Source of the DNA: Flavobacteriaceae bacterium
GTDB lineage: Bacteria; Bacteroidota; Bacteroidia; Flavobacteriales; Flavobacteriaceae
Direction of reading: 5' to 3'
NCBI GenBank assembly: GCA_013001285.1
Contig: JABDMU010000052.1
Span: 2,714 to 66,713 of the forward strand
DNA length: 64,000 nt
The notes under the pieces are model-generated. The model searched no databases. It was not told the origin of the DNA and saw only the letters and a list, made by a program, of their open reading frames with translations. Positions 9,583 through 20,300 of this stretch are shown in pieces (the first letter of the stretch is position 1; every line of letters starts with the position of its first letter). Position numbers and translations under genes: made by a program.

Positions 9583-9789
9583 TGCGGAGTTTTAGTCTTT
9601 TGTTTTTTTTAATAGATATTCGATTACAAATATGTTTTTATCGTAAGCCTTTTCTTTCCAACAAGTTAGATTTATTAATTTTAATTAACAATCGCCTCTT
9701 AAAAACTAATATTTTCTTTACTTTCGTTCCGAAATTTTTAATAGAGTTAAGCAATTAACTCATAAAAATGGTTGATTAATAGCGATTAT

Positions 9790-9816
9790 AAAACCTCAGA
9801 TTCCCTCTGAGGTTTT
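9790..9816 (-). terminator. Rho-independent terminator of purK-purE
   Basis: aaaacctcaga-ttccc-tctgaggtttt hairpin abutting the purE stop. A T-rich run follows on the minus strand. Confidence 0.6.
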
Positions 9817-10300
9817 ATTTTTTTAGATCTTTTGCAGCATTATTAACTTTAGATTTCAATCCCTCCTTAAAAACAATAACTTTATCCATTACGCATTTAT
9901 CAGAAGTTCCAATAATCTGTGCTGCCAATATCCCGGCATTTTTTGCGCCATCAAGTGCCACTGTAGCCACTGGAACCCCAGCTGGCATTTGTAAAATTGA
10001 TAACACAGAATCCCAACCATCAATTGAATTTCGTGACTTCACTGGCACACCAATAACAGGTAACGGAGAAAGTGAGGCGATCATGCCTGGTAAATGTGCT
10101 GCACCACCAGCACCAGCAATGATCACTTTAATCCCGCGGGTGTGTGCTTTTGATCCATAATCAAACATTTTTTCCGGGGTTCTATGTGCTGATACTATGT
10201 CGACCTCAACCTCAATATCAAATCCGTTTAATACGTCAATAGCTTCCTGCATGATTGGAAGGTCACTATCACTTCCCATGATTATTCCCACTTGTGCCAT
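9815..10300 (-). CDS. purE: 5-(carboxyamino)imidazole ribonucleotide mutase
   Basis: [10 protein letters not shown]...SAHRTP...AGGAAHLPG motifs. Length 161 aa. Confidence 0.95.
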   Translation of the reverse strand: MAQVGIIMGSDSDLPIMQEAIDVLNGFDIEVEVDIVSAHRTPEKMFDYGSKAHTRGIKVIIAGAGGAAHLPGMIASLSPLPVIGVPVKSRNSIDGWDSVLSILQMPAGVPVATVALDGAKNAGILAAQIIGTSDKCVMDKVIVFKEGLKSKVNNAAKDLKK

Positions 10301-10303
10301 AAT

Positions 10304-11458
10304 TTATTTGCTTATTACTTTTAATTTTCTCTTTACCTCACCAGCTATTTTTCTTGCCTCATTTATATCATTGTGAACAATAGTAATGTGTCCCATTTTT
10401 CGGAATGGACGCGTTTGTTTTTTTCCATAAATATGTGGAGTAACACCCTCAAAGCCCATTACTGATTCTATATTTTGATAAACAACATCACCTTCATAGT
10501 CTTCTGCACCCACCAAATTTACCATTATCCCACCAACTATGGCATCTGTTTTTCCAAGAGGAAGTCCGAGAATTGCACGTAAATGTTGCTCAAATTGTGA
10601 TGTATAACTTGACTCAATGGTGTGATGTCCAGAATTATGTGGACGCGGTGCCACTTCATTTATTAATATGTCATTATTTTTTGTCAGGAACATTTCTACT
10701 GCTAATAGACCTACATGTTCAAAGGCTGCCGAGGTTTTTAAAGCGATCAACTCTGCTTTTTTGGCAATTTCCTTCGGAATTCTTGCCGGACAGATAACAT
10801 ATTCCACCTGATTGGCCTCAGGATGAAACTCCATTTCAACCACAGGATATGTTTTTACCTGTCCATTTGAGGAGCGTGCTACAATAACCGCCAATTCATT
10901 TTTAAAATCGATAAGATCTTCAGTAATACATTCAACATTTGGAAGTTCATCAAGATCAGAATGGGACTTGACTATTTTTACGCCAGTACCATCATAGCCA
11001 AATCGCGCACTTTTCCAAACAAACGGAAACTCAAGAGCTTCATTTTTTATAGCAGTTAAAATTTCATCTTTATACGCAAAGCGAGAGAACTCCACTGTCG
11101 GCAAATTATGGTCAATATAAAATAATTTTTGCTTCGATTTATTTTGAATAGTCTCTAAAATCCTAGGAGAAGGATAAATATGCAGACCTTCGCTCTCTAA
11201 TTTCTTTAAAGCATCAACATTGACGTTTTCAATTTCAATGGTTAAAAGATCTACTTGCTTCCCAAAATTATAGACAGCATCATAATCCATGAGATCACCA
11301 ACAAAAAATTGATCTGCACCTACCTTACATGGTGCGTTCTCGCTTATATCTAATACGAAAGTTGTAATATCAAACTTGCGTGTTTCACTAAGAAGCATTT
11401 TTCCGAGTTGGCCTCCACCTAAGATCCCTAATTTAAAATTGGATGAAAAATAATCCAT
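10304..11458 (-). CDS. purK: N5-carboxyaminoimidazole ribonucleotide synthase (ATP-grasp)
   Basis: LGILGGGQLG N-terminus, ATP-grasp body, and position directly upstream of purE. The ORF extends to 11482, but the ATG at 11458 gives the usual N-terminus. Confidence 0.9.
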   Translation of the reverse strand: MDYFSSNFKLGILGGGQLGKMLLSETRKFDITTFVLDISENAPCKVGADQFFVGDLMDYDAVYNFGKQVDLLTIEIENVNVDALKKLESEGLHIYPSPRILETIQNKSKQKLFYIDHNLPTVEFSRFAYKDEILTAIKNEALEFPFVWKSARFGYDGTGVKIVKSHSDLDELPNVECITEDLIDFKNELAVIVARSSNGQVKTYPVVEMEFHPEANQVEYVICPARIPKEIAKKAELIALKTSAAFEHVGLLAVEMFLTKNNDILINEVAPRPHNSGHHTIESSYTSQFEQHLRAILGLPLGKTDAIVGGIMVNLVGAEDYEGDVVYQNIESVMGFEGVTPHIYGKKQTRPFRKMGHITIVHNDINEARKIAGEVKRKLKVISK

Positions 11459-11553
11459 GTACAATTCACATTTAAAGTGCAAAAATACACTTAAAAATGA
11501 AACCTTTATTGAAAATCACAAATCAAAATCTAGCTAAAAGCAGGCCAATTGAT

Positions 11554-11561
11554 TATCTTTG
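11554..11561 (+). promoter_or_regulatory. Bacteroidota -7 promoter box (TAnnTTTG) upstream of hpt-adk
   Basis: tatctttg lies 22 nt upstream of the GTG start. No good -33 TTTG was seen. Confidence 0.35.
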
Positions 11562-11583
11562 CGATTCTTAAAGGAAAAACAAG

Positions 11584-12693
11584 GTGATAAAGTTACATGA
11601 CAAATTTTTTAAGCCCTTTATTTCGGCCCAAGAAATAGATGATGCAGTAACCAAGTTGGTTGATGAGATCGTTGCAGATGTTGGCGATGAGATTCCAGTG
11701 TTTGTTGGTATATTAAATGGTTCCTTTATGCTTACAAGCGATTTCGTAAAGAAATATCCAAAGCCATGCGAGGTGACATTCATTAAACTAGCATCCTATG
11801 AAGGCTTAAAGTCTTCCGAAGATATTCAAAGACTCATAGGATTGACTCAAGATCTCACTGATAGAACGGTTATTGTGCTTGAAGATATTATTGACTCAGG
11901 GAACACGCTTCATGAAGTACATCGTATTTTCAAAAATGAAAATGTGAAGGCGCTCAAGATAGCCACCCTGTTCTATAAACCAGAAGCCTATGACAAGGAT
12001 TTCAAGATACATTACATTGGTCTTGAGATCCCAAACAAATTTATCGTAGGATATGGTTTGGATTACGATGGATTAGGGAGAGATATTCCAGAAGTTTATC
12101 AAATAATGACAATACAACACATGACAAATTTAGTTTTATTCGGCCCTCCGGGAGCAGGTAAAGGCACTCAGGCCAATTTTTTAAAGGATAAATACGATTT
12201 AATTCATATATCAACAGGAGATGTTTTCCGATACAATATAAAGAATGAAACGGCCTTAGGGATGTTGGCGAAATCTTATATGGATAAGGGTGACCTTGTT
12301 CCTGATCAGGTAACTATTGACATGTTAAGTGCTGAGGTCGATAAGAATTCGGATGCTAAAGGATTTATTTTCGATGGTTTCCCACGAACCGAAGCGCAAG
12401 CTGAAGCACTTGAAAAAGTGATGGCAGAGAAAGATTCTGTGATCAATGCTATGATCGCGCTTGAAGTTGATGATGAGGTTTTAGTGAAACGATTGTTAGA
12501 ACGTGGCAAAACCAGTGGAAGACCTGATGATGCCGATGAATCCATTATTCGAAACAGAATTAAGGAATACTACAACAAAACGGCCATATTGAAAAACTAC
12601 TATACAGCGCAAAATAAGTATTATGGCGTTGACGGCGTTGGTAGTATTGAAGAAATTACCGAGCGATTATGCGCTGTCATTGATAAGCTTTAA
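11584..12693 (+). CDS. hpt-adk: In-frame fusion ORF: hypoxanthine phosphoribosyltransferase (aa 1-174) plus adenylate kinase (aa ~175-369)
   Basis: PRTase motif VIVLEDIIDSGNTL and GYGLDY in the N-terminal half. LFGPPGAGKGTQ P-loop, GFIFDGFPRT and a short LID region in the C-terminal half. No stop codon separates them (…VYQIMTIQHMTNLVLFGPPGAGKG…). Confidence 0.85.
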   Translation: MIKLHDKFFKPFISAQEIDDAVTKLVDEIVADVGDEIPVFVGILNGSFMLTSDFVKKYPKPCEVTFIKLASYEGLKSSEDIQRLIGLTQDLTDRTVIVLEDIIDSGNTLHEVHRIFKNENVKALKIATLFYKPEAYDKDFKIHYIGLEIPNKFIVGYGLDYDGLGRDIPEVYQIMTIQHMTNLVLFGPPGAGKGTQANFLKDKYDLIHISTGDVFRYNIKNETALGMLAKSYMDKGDLVPDQVTIDMLSAEVDKNSDAKGFIFDGFPRTEAQAEALEKVMAEKDSVINAMIALEVDDEVLVKRLLERGKTSGRPDDADESIIRNRIKEYYNKTAILKNYYTAQNKYYGVDGVGSIEEITERLCAVIDKL

Positions 12694-12731
12694 AAGTCAG
12701 TCTCAAAACCCTATTTTAATTTTTTACACCC

Positions 12732-13730
12732 ATGACCGAAGGCAATTTTGTCGATTATGTGAAACTTTACGTTTCTTCTGGAAAAGGAGGAAAGGGTTCA
12801 GCACATTTACACCGGGAAAAGTATATTACCAAAGGCGGACCTGATGGTGGTGATGGCGGCCGTGGAGGACATGTGATCATAAAAGGTAACGCCAATCTCT
12901 GGACCTTATACCATTTAAAATTTAAAAGGCACTTTCGAGCAGAACACGGAAGCCATGGCAGTAAAAGTAGAAGCACAGGAAGCGACGGACAAGATATATA
13001 CATTGAAGTTCCTTTAGGTTCGGTTATTAGAGACACTGAAACCAATGAGATCATTTTTGAGATCACTGATGACCAGGAAGAAAAGATCCTAGTAGAAGGA
13101 GGTATGGGAGGCCGTGGCAATTGGCATTTTAAAAGCCCAACCAATCAAACACCACGTTACGCACAACCTGGTATGGAAGGTCAAGAACGGATGGTAACAA
13201 TAGAACTGAAGATCTTAGCCGACGTCGGTCTTGTAGGTTTTCCCAACGCCGGGAAATCAACCTTATTATCTGTATTAACTTCGGCAAAACCAAAAATTGC
13301 AGATTACGAATTCACCACGTTGAAGCCCAATTTGGGAATAGTTGAATATCGCGATTACAAGTCGTTTGTCATGGCTGATATTCCAGGGATCATTGAAGGT
13401 GCAGCAGAAGGAAAAGGACTTGGTCATTATTTTTTACGCCATATAGAACGGAATTCAATTCTACTTTTTCTAATTCCGGCAGATGCTGATGATATTCACA
13501 AGCAGTATGAGATATTATTAGATGAATTACGACGCTATAATCCTGAGATGCTTGACAAAGAACGCTTTATTGTGATTTCAAAAAGTGATATGCTTGATGA
13601 TGAGTTAAAAGCCGAAATGAAAGCCGAATTGGATGCTTCTTTGCCAATTGATTATATGTTTATTTCTTCGGTAGCACAAGAAGGTCTTACCCAATTAAAG
13701 GACAGGCTTTGGGCCATGTTAAATGATTAA
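12732..13730 (+). CDS. obg: GTPase Obg/CgtA
   Basis: [17 protein letters not shown]...[12 protein letters not shown] Obg fold, followed by G1 [10 protein letters not shown]3 DIPG and G4 SKSD. Confidence 0.95.
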   Translation: MTEGNFVDYVKLYVSSGKGGKGSAHLHREKYITKGGPDGGDGGRGGHVIIKGNANLWTLYHLKFKRHFRAEHGSHGSKSRSTGSDGQDIYIEVPLGSVIRDTETNEIIFEITDDQEEKILVEGGMGGRGNWHFKSPTNQTPRYAQPGMEGQERMVTIELKILADVGLVGFPNAGKSTLLSVLTSAKPKIADYEFTTLKPNLGIVEYRDYKSFVMADIPGIIEGAAEGKGLGHYFLRHIERNSILLFLIPADADDIHKQYEILLDELRRYNPEMLDKERFIVISKSDMLDDELKAEMKAELDASLPIDYMFISSVAQEGLTQLKDRLWAMLND

Positions 13731-13783
13731 AAGCGCATTGACACGGTCCTTATTTTCCGTAACTTTATAAAAATTTCAAAGCT

Positions 13784-14302
13784 ATGAAATATGCTATATA
13801 TCTCATCATTTTAGTAATGATGAGTTCCTGTGCAACTGTAAATGTCAAGTACGATTACGATAAGCAAACCGACTTTAATTCCTACAAGACCTATAATTAT
13901 TATGCTGATATGGATTCAGGGTTAAGTGGTCTTGATAATAATCGCTTATTGAATATTTTAGATGATGCCTTATCTGAAAAAGGACTGTCCCTGGCAGAGT
14001 CACCAGATTTTTATATCAATATTCAAAGTGTTGAGTTTGAAGATCATCAACGCAATACTGTAGGTGTTGGCATAGGTGGTGGTAGACGAAACGTTGGCGG
14101 TGGGATATCGGTTGGGCTTCCTTTAGGGAGTTCTAAATCCAACAGAGAACTTATAGTTGACTTTATCGATGACGACAGGGGTCTTTTTTGGCAAGCTGTT
14201 GCAGAAGCCAGTTATAATACTAATGCCACGCCTGAAAAAAGAGAAGCTAATCTTAAAGCGATCGTAGATAAGATTCTTGCTGGCTACCCGCCAAACCTCT
14301 AA
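13784..14302 (+). CDS. DUF4136-like lipoprotein
   Basis: Lipobox MMSSC. VKYDYDKQTDFNSYKTYNY opening and a Gly-rich loop are typical of this small lipoprotein family. Confidence 0.55.
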   Translation: MKYAIYLIILVMMSSCATVNVKYDYDKQTDFNSYKTYNYYADMDSGLSGLDNNRLLNILDDALSEKGLSLAESPDFYINIQSVEFEDHQRNTVGVGIGGGRRNVGGGISVGLPLGSSKSNRELIVDFIDDDRGLFWQAVAEASYNTNATPEKREANLKAIVDKILAGYPPNL

Positions 14303-14327
14303 GCACAGATAATAACTTTATCAATAT

Positions 14328-17300
14328 TTAGTTTATCTTAACTCTTACACCTTCACTATGACTTGAAAATTCAGGAGCATACATACTTTGTATGGTTGTA
14401 ATCCCATTGGAGAAATTACCGGAATTGTTTACCCTCAGGTCGTATTCAAAAACGAAAACGCCTTTCGGTAAATAATCGAAAAAGAAATTGGTGGAAGCGT
14501 CTTTGGTGCTTTCATAATAACCCAAATTGTCTTGCCATTTGTATTCCGATAAGACATGTATTGGCTCCATTGCTGCGGCTCTCATGTCTTTCATATGAAC
14601 AAATTCCATAGGTCTATCTGAACGTAATTCAATACGAACCCGAATGAGATCACCAACTTCGAGTTCGGTATCTTCTGTGATTTCAGATATTTCTTCCCCG
14701 AGATCAGTATTACGTTTTAAGAAGAGTTTTTTATCTAATTTCAAAGGAGTTTCAGCCGAAGTGATCTTGTCGAGATCTTCAAAATACTGCCAATATAAAC
14801 TTCCCCAAGCAATGCCTTCTCCTTTTTTATCAAGTTTTACATTAGCCATTTCTGATGTGATCTCAGGACCATTCCAGGAGGTTTTAAAATAACCAGTCCC
14901 AGCTTCCAGCTTTACAGCTTCAAGTTTATTTGGGTCCAGTGGTTTATTGCCGATAACAACTTCTACCATATCTGTTACACTTAACCAATTACTCCCTTTT
15001 AATAAGAGGGCATAAACAGCTTCGGTAGTTGCCTTTGTGGTTTTCCAACTGTTGGTTTGCTTATTTTTTAATAGCCAGATCTTTAAATTATCAATGGTCC
15101 TTACATCATCTTCAATTTCAGAAAAGGCTTCTATCATTAAGGCCTGGGTTTCAATAGGCGCCTGATACCAATACCAAGAACTTGTATTCTCTTTCCAATA
15201 CATACCTAATTCGTCTGAAGTAATGCTGTTCTCGCGAAGAGACTTTATGATTCTATCAGCAGTTAAAACATCATTTGACCGATGCATGATCAAGGCCATG
15301 AGTCCTTTTTGATAAAGCCCACGCTTCAACCAATATGTTCTTATCTGTTCACGATAATAGTCGATCACTTCTTTAACATCTTTAGGAACTTTCGAATCTG
15401 GAATGAAACTTCGTATATATAAATATTGCAGTTGAGAACTTGTGAGATGATCTTTTGATAGATCTACATCCTTATTGTATTTTCTAAGGTCTCGATATTC
15501 CTTTAAAAATTCGCTATCAAGGTAAGACAAAGCCTTATTGAGCATATTTGGTAATTCTCTTGTGATAGATTCATCAAATTGCATATTATCAAGATGTTCC
15601 AAATGTGCAAACCCAGCGACTATATGTTGCGTGATATAACGATTACTTCGTCCGCCATTAAACCATGGCCAGGCACCATTTGACATTTGATTGGTCTTTA
15701 ATTTTAAGAGTGACGATTTAAGCTCGCTATTCATTTTATTGAGGTCGAAAAGTAGAGCAATGCGCTTCTTTTGTTCGCTTTCACTTTGTGCATCTCTTAA
15801 CCAAGGTGTTTCTTGAATTAACAACGATTTTAATGCCTGGTTTTTTTCCAGATTGCTTAAAAGTGCATCAGAATTTCGCCATTGATTGAATACTTCTTGG
15901 ATTCTCGGATTTGAATTTGCTATATGTGTTGCTAAAGCATTGGCATAGAATCTTGCAAAAGTCTGTTCATTACAGTCATATGGAAATTCCATAAGATATG
16001 GCAATGCCTGAACTGCATACCAAGCTGGATTTGAAGTCATTTCAAAAGTGAGTTTATGATGCTTGAGCGTGGATGAAGTATTGGTCTTCAATTTATCTAA
16101 ACTGAAGGTTTTGCTGTCATTGCTTCTCAGCCACATAGGCATGGATTCAGTCACTAACATGCGATTTGATAGTACGGGTAAGGCATTTTGCTCACCATCG
16201 CTAAAATCGCCAGCTTTGGCTATGATCTTATACTGAACGGCTTGCACATCAAATGGAATGCTTAGTGACCAACTAACGTTTGTATTGCCTCTAGCAGTGA
16301 CGCTGAAGGCTTGAGTATGTTCATCATTTCCTAATTTCGAATCGATTTCATTTCCAGTTAAGGCATCGAATAACTGTAATACAACCTGTCCAGATAGATC
16401 AGACTCAGAAATATTTGCAATTTTTGATTGTATCACTATTTGATCTCCTTCTCTAAGGAATCGCGGTGCATTTGGGATGACCATCAATTCTTTTTGCGTC
16501 ACCGTTTCAAAAGTAGCGGTTGCACTCTCCAGTGATTTGGTATGAGCTAACAATTGTAATTTCCATTGCGTTAAAGATTCTGGAGTCTTGAAATTAAAAC
16601 TCACATTCCCATCTTTATCTGTTGTGAGTTGTGGAAAGAAAAAAGCGGTTTCCTCGAGATTTTTTCGAACTTGAACACCTTCAAAGGATACCGATGAATC
16701 CTCACTTTGTTCAGTTTCATTTAATTGAACACCAGAAATCTCACCCATTGACCTTTCCATTGCATCCTCTTCATCTGCCATGGCCAAAGGAGCGGCTAAT
16801 TCTAATGATCTCTTGTTCCTACCAATACCTTGTGCTGTCACTACAACTTCATCCATTGCTTCACCATCTTCAAACATGTTTAAAACAATATAATTGTTAT
16901 CATCAATTACATGTTCGGTGGTCATATAACCAACATAAGAAAACACCAATGTTTGTCCTTTTGTAGCCTGAATACTAAAATTACCATCAAAATCTGATTG
17001 AACACCAGTAGTGGTATTTTTTACAATAATATTCACGCCTGGCAATGGAAGACCTTGTTCGTCATTGACCGTTCCTGCAATGGTACCCTTTGTAATATTT
17101 TCATTAAAGGAGCTTTCTTTTTGTGCTTTTAGTGATCTCAAGTAACGTTGATAAACCCAGCGATTATTATTGAAATCAAATCCAAACCAATTGAACCGAT
17201 CATAATTTTGAATGGTGTATGGCATATTGGGTCTCTGCTCCTGATAAATTCTAAAATTGACATTGCCAAAGGTAGAACGCGCATTTCGATGACTTAAAGA

Positions 17301-20300
17301 TGAATACACTGAATTTTGAAATGGATCGAAAGTCCAATGATGTGGCTTGAATTGATCTAAAGAAGCATCATACATACTTGTCAGGAGTTCTGCGGAAACT
17401 TTATCGCCATTGGGGCCTTTTATTTTCCAACTCCAGGTTTCATCGGCACCTGGCTGTAATTTATCCCTAAAAGTTAAAGTTTCGATCTCCAGATCTTTTT
17501 TAGGATAAGGAACCGCTATTTGTACCAACTCATAATCAAAACTATTATAAGCAGCGTAGGTGCAATGAATGACAAAACCACCTAGATCGTTTTCGGTAAC
17601 TGGGATGCTTAATGTCTTGATATTATTATCTAATTCAATAATATAGGTATTAACAACCTTCTGATCCTTTTCAACATCTACAGTTACATTTATGTTTCCT
17701 GCCGAAGCTATTCTGAGTTTAACCTTGTCGCCTTCCTGGAATTTCGACTTATCAGTACTTACCGAAAATAACTGGTTATCGGGTAGCGTTTTATCTGCTT
17801 TTCCAAATACGAAGGTTCGTATTTCATCCTTGACCAATTGCCCGAAGTCATCTTTAGTCTCAAGAACGGCTATATAATGACCCGATTTCCATTTTTTAAT
17901 GTTGCCTAAATCAAGAGATTTTTCAGTTTCAGAATCAAATTTTTCTTCGAAAATGAGATCACCTTTATTCCATGAAATAAGCTCATCTTCCTTGGCATAA
18001 GCTTCATTTGGAAATAACCTTATAAATTCGTTTTCAGAGAACATTTGATAATCTGGTGCATTCCAAGGGCGTTGACGAACAACTCTAGAAGGCGCTTTTA
18101 ATTTATAGATCTTAATGGTTCCAGAAGTGTTGACCAACTCACCATTAAGGTTCTTGGTTTCAAAAGCAATGCGATGATCTTTTTTGGATTTCTCTAACTG
18201 ACTTTCAAGTTTTAGTGTAGCAGTAATAGCATGATATCCCACATTTACTATTGTAGTGGTACTTCGGGTTTCTCCATTGATATCAGTAACATCGGCTGAG
18301 ATCTTGTAATGAAATATGGGTAAGTTTTTCTTATCTGCAGATTTATCTGCCAAGGCAGGAAATTCGATCACAAAATTTCCTTGGTCATCTGTAGTGGTTT
18401 CACCATGCTTTATTTCTTGAGGTTCACTATTAAACCATGGATGATACCAGTGGTACCATCTTGGATACTGTACTTCGCGATGTACTCTATAAACGACCTT
18501 GGCCTTGGTGATATTACTCCCAGCATAGGCGAGGGCTGAACCACTAACTTTTACAATATCGTCTATTTTATAAGTTTCAGAAACTGGATCAAATTTAGCC
18601 TCGAATTTTGGTCTTTTGTATTCTTCAACTGAAAAATAATGTTCAGAATCAACATCGATTTTGCCGCTATCAGCATACAGATTGATATAATATAGTCCAG
18701 TTAATCCGCCATTAGGCAAAATAAATTCTCCTGCAACGGATCCGAATTCATTACTTTTTATTTTTAGAGCACCAACTTCATTTTCATTCACGTCTATTAA
18801 TTCGACATGAAATAATTCATCAGGAATCACCTTAGAAACACCATCTTTAGTCTGCATGGCAATACCTTTAAAATAAACCGTTTGTCCTGGTCTGTATATA
18901 CTGCGATCAGTAAACAAAAATGAACGGAATTGAACGGGTACTTCCTCGTTGTTTCCATAATACCTTGATAAGTAATACCCATCAAAATAAGCCGTTTGAT
19001 CCTTATGTTGCACTTCAATGTCTAATCGGCGATAACGATCATCCTTCTTTTTGATATGAACCTCGCCATTGGCGTTTGTTGTCACAATATCTCTTCCATC
19101 ACGCTTGTTATTGAAGGAATAGGTCAAAATAACCTTAGCATTGGAAATGGGTTGCCCATCAGAGCGATCTATGATTTGATATATAAAATTCTCAGGACTG
19201 CTTTTATCAACAATAGCATAATCTGTAACTTGAATCGTCGCAAAGGAAAAGGTCATTTCATCATCGGGAGTGTTTGATGACATGATTACATAATACCCAC
19301 TCTTCAAAGCAGGCAATAATATTTCGGAACTATGATTTTGAAAATCACCTTCATCCCGAAGTTCTGACTGCCAGTTTTTTACCGCTGATAGCTTTTTTAA
19401 GAATGCAAATTGCTCCTCTTTTCTATACAGTTCATCAAGTTCTTTCTTTTGCTTTCTTGACAACTGAAGCACTTTAAAAAATAGCGTATTTATATTTTTG
19501 TAGTTTACTAAGAGCTTTGCTTGTTGTTGGACCGGAAGAAATTTTTCTGAGGTCAGTTGTAAAGATTTTTGAACTAAGGTTTTTTTCAAAAATTCACATT
19601 TATCAGTTGCAACGCCCTTAGGGAATTTTTGGATTGTTGCTTCACAAAGCTCGAAAGCTTCTTTTAGTTTCCACCGTGGTTCCTCATTTTTCAACCATTG
19701 GTACTGCCGCCCTTGTTCGGCGTAAATTTTAGCCAATTCAAAAGCATAAAGCCCTGAAATCTCATGGGAGGCATGTCGATCTATTTCGGTTTGTAAGATG
19801 TTTATAAGAAGCTCTGTCTTTTCTGAAAAAGTAGCATGTTCATTAACAAAATTAAGTCGCTCGATATCCACAGCAACCAATGCGAATTTAGTGTCATCAG
19901 ATTTGTGAGAATTGATCAGATCCTGATAAATTTTTAAAGCATTCAATTGTAGTGAAACCACATCTTTTGAGCTGATTTCCATTTGAGAAAAGCTTATGGC
20001 ATCTCCTAAAAATGAGGGATCGTCAACTTCAAATTTATAAGCCGGTTTCGTAATGCTATTCTCTGTAGTTTTATAAAATTCAAGGGCATTATGTGCCAGG
20101 AAATCGAATAAAGTAGGTCTGTAAATTTCAGAATTTTCAACTGTATGTAACAGCAATTCATAGTCCCGAATATCTTCTTGTTGGAGTATTAGTCCGTTTT
20201 TCAATGAATTCTGATAATGCAGATGAATTTCGTTGAACAATGTTTGAAGATCCCAGGTTCTGAAATCGTTTACATCAACTTTTTCTTCAGTTTTACTGCG

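Noticed and set aside
9498-9758. 86-aa plus-strand ORF spanning the dcp start and its upstream intergenic region.
   Set aside because: It is AT-rich and low-complexity with a Leu/Ile/Phe/Asn bias typical of non-coding Flavobacterial DNA. It overlaps the dcp 5' end and promoter region.
12767-13144. 125-aa Pro-rich ORF (…[12 protein letters not shown]…) on the minus strand.
   Set aside because: It lies antisense to the Gly-rich [12 protein letters not shown] region of obg. The Pro run is simply the complement of GGN codons. The obg frame is far better supported.
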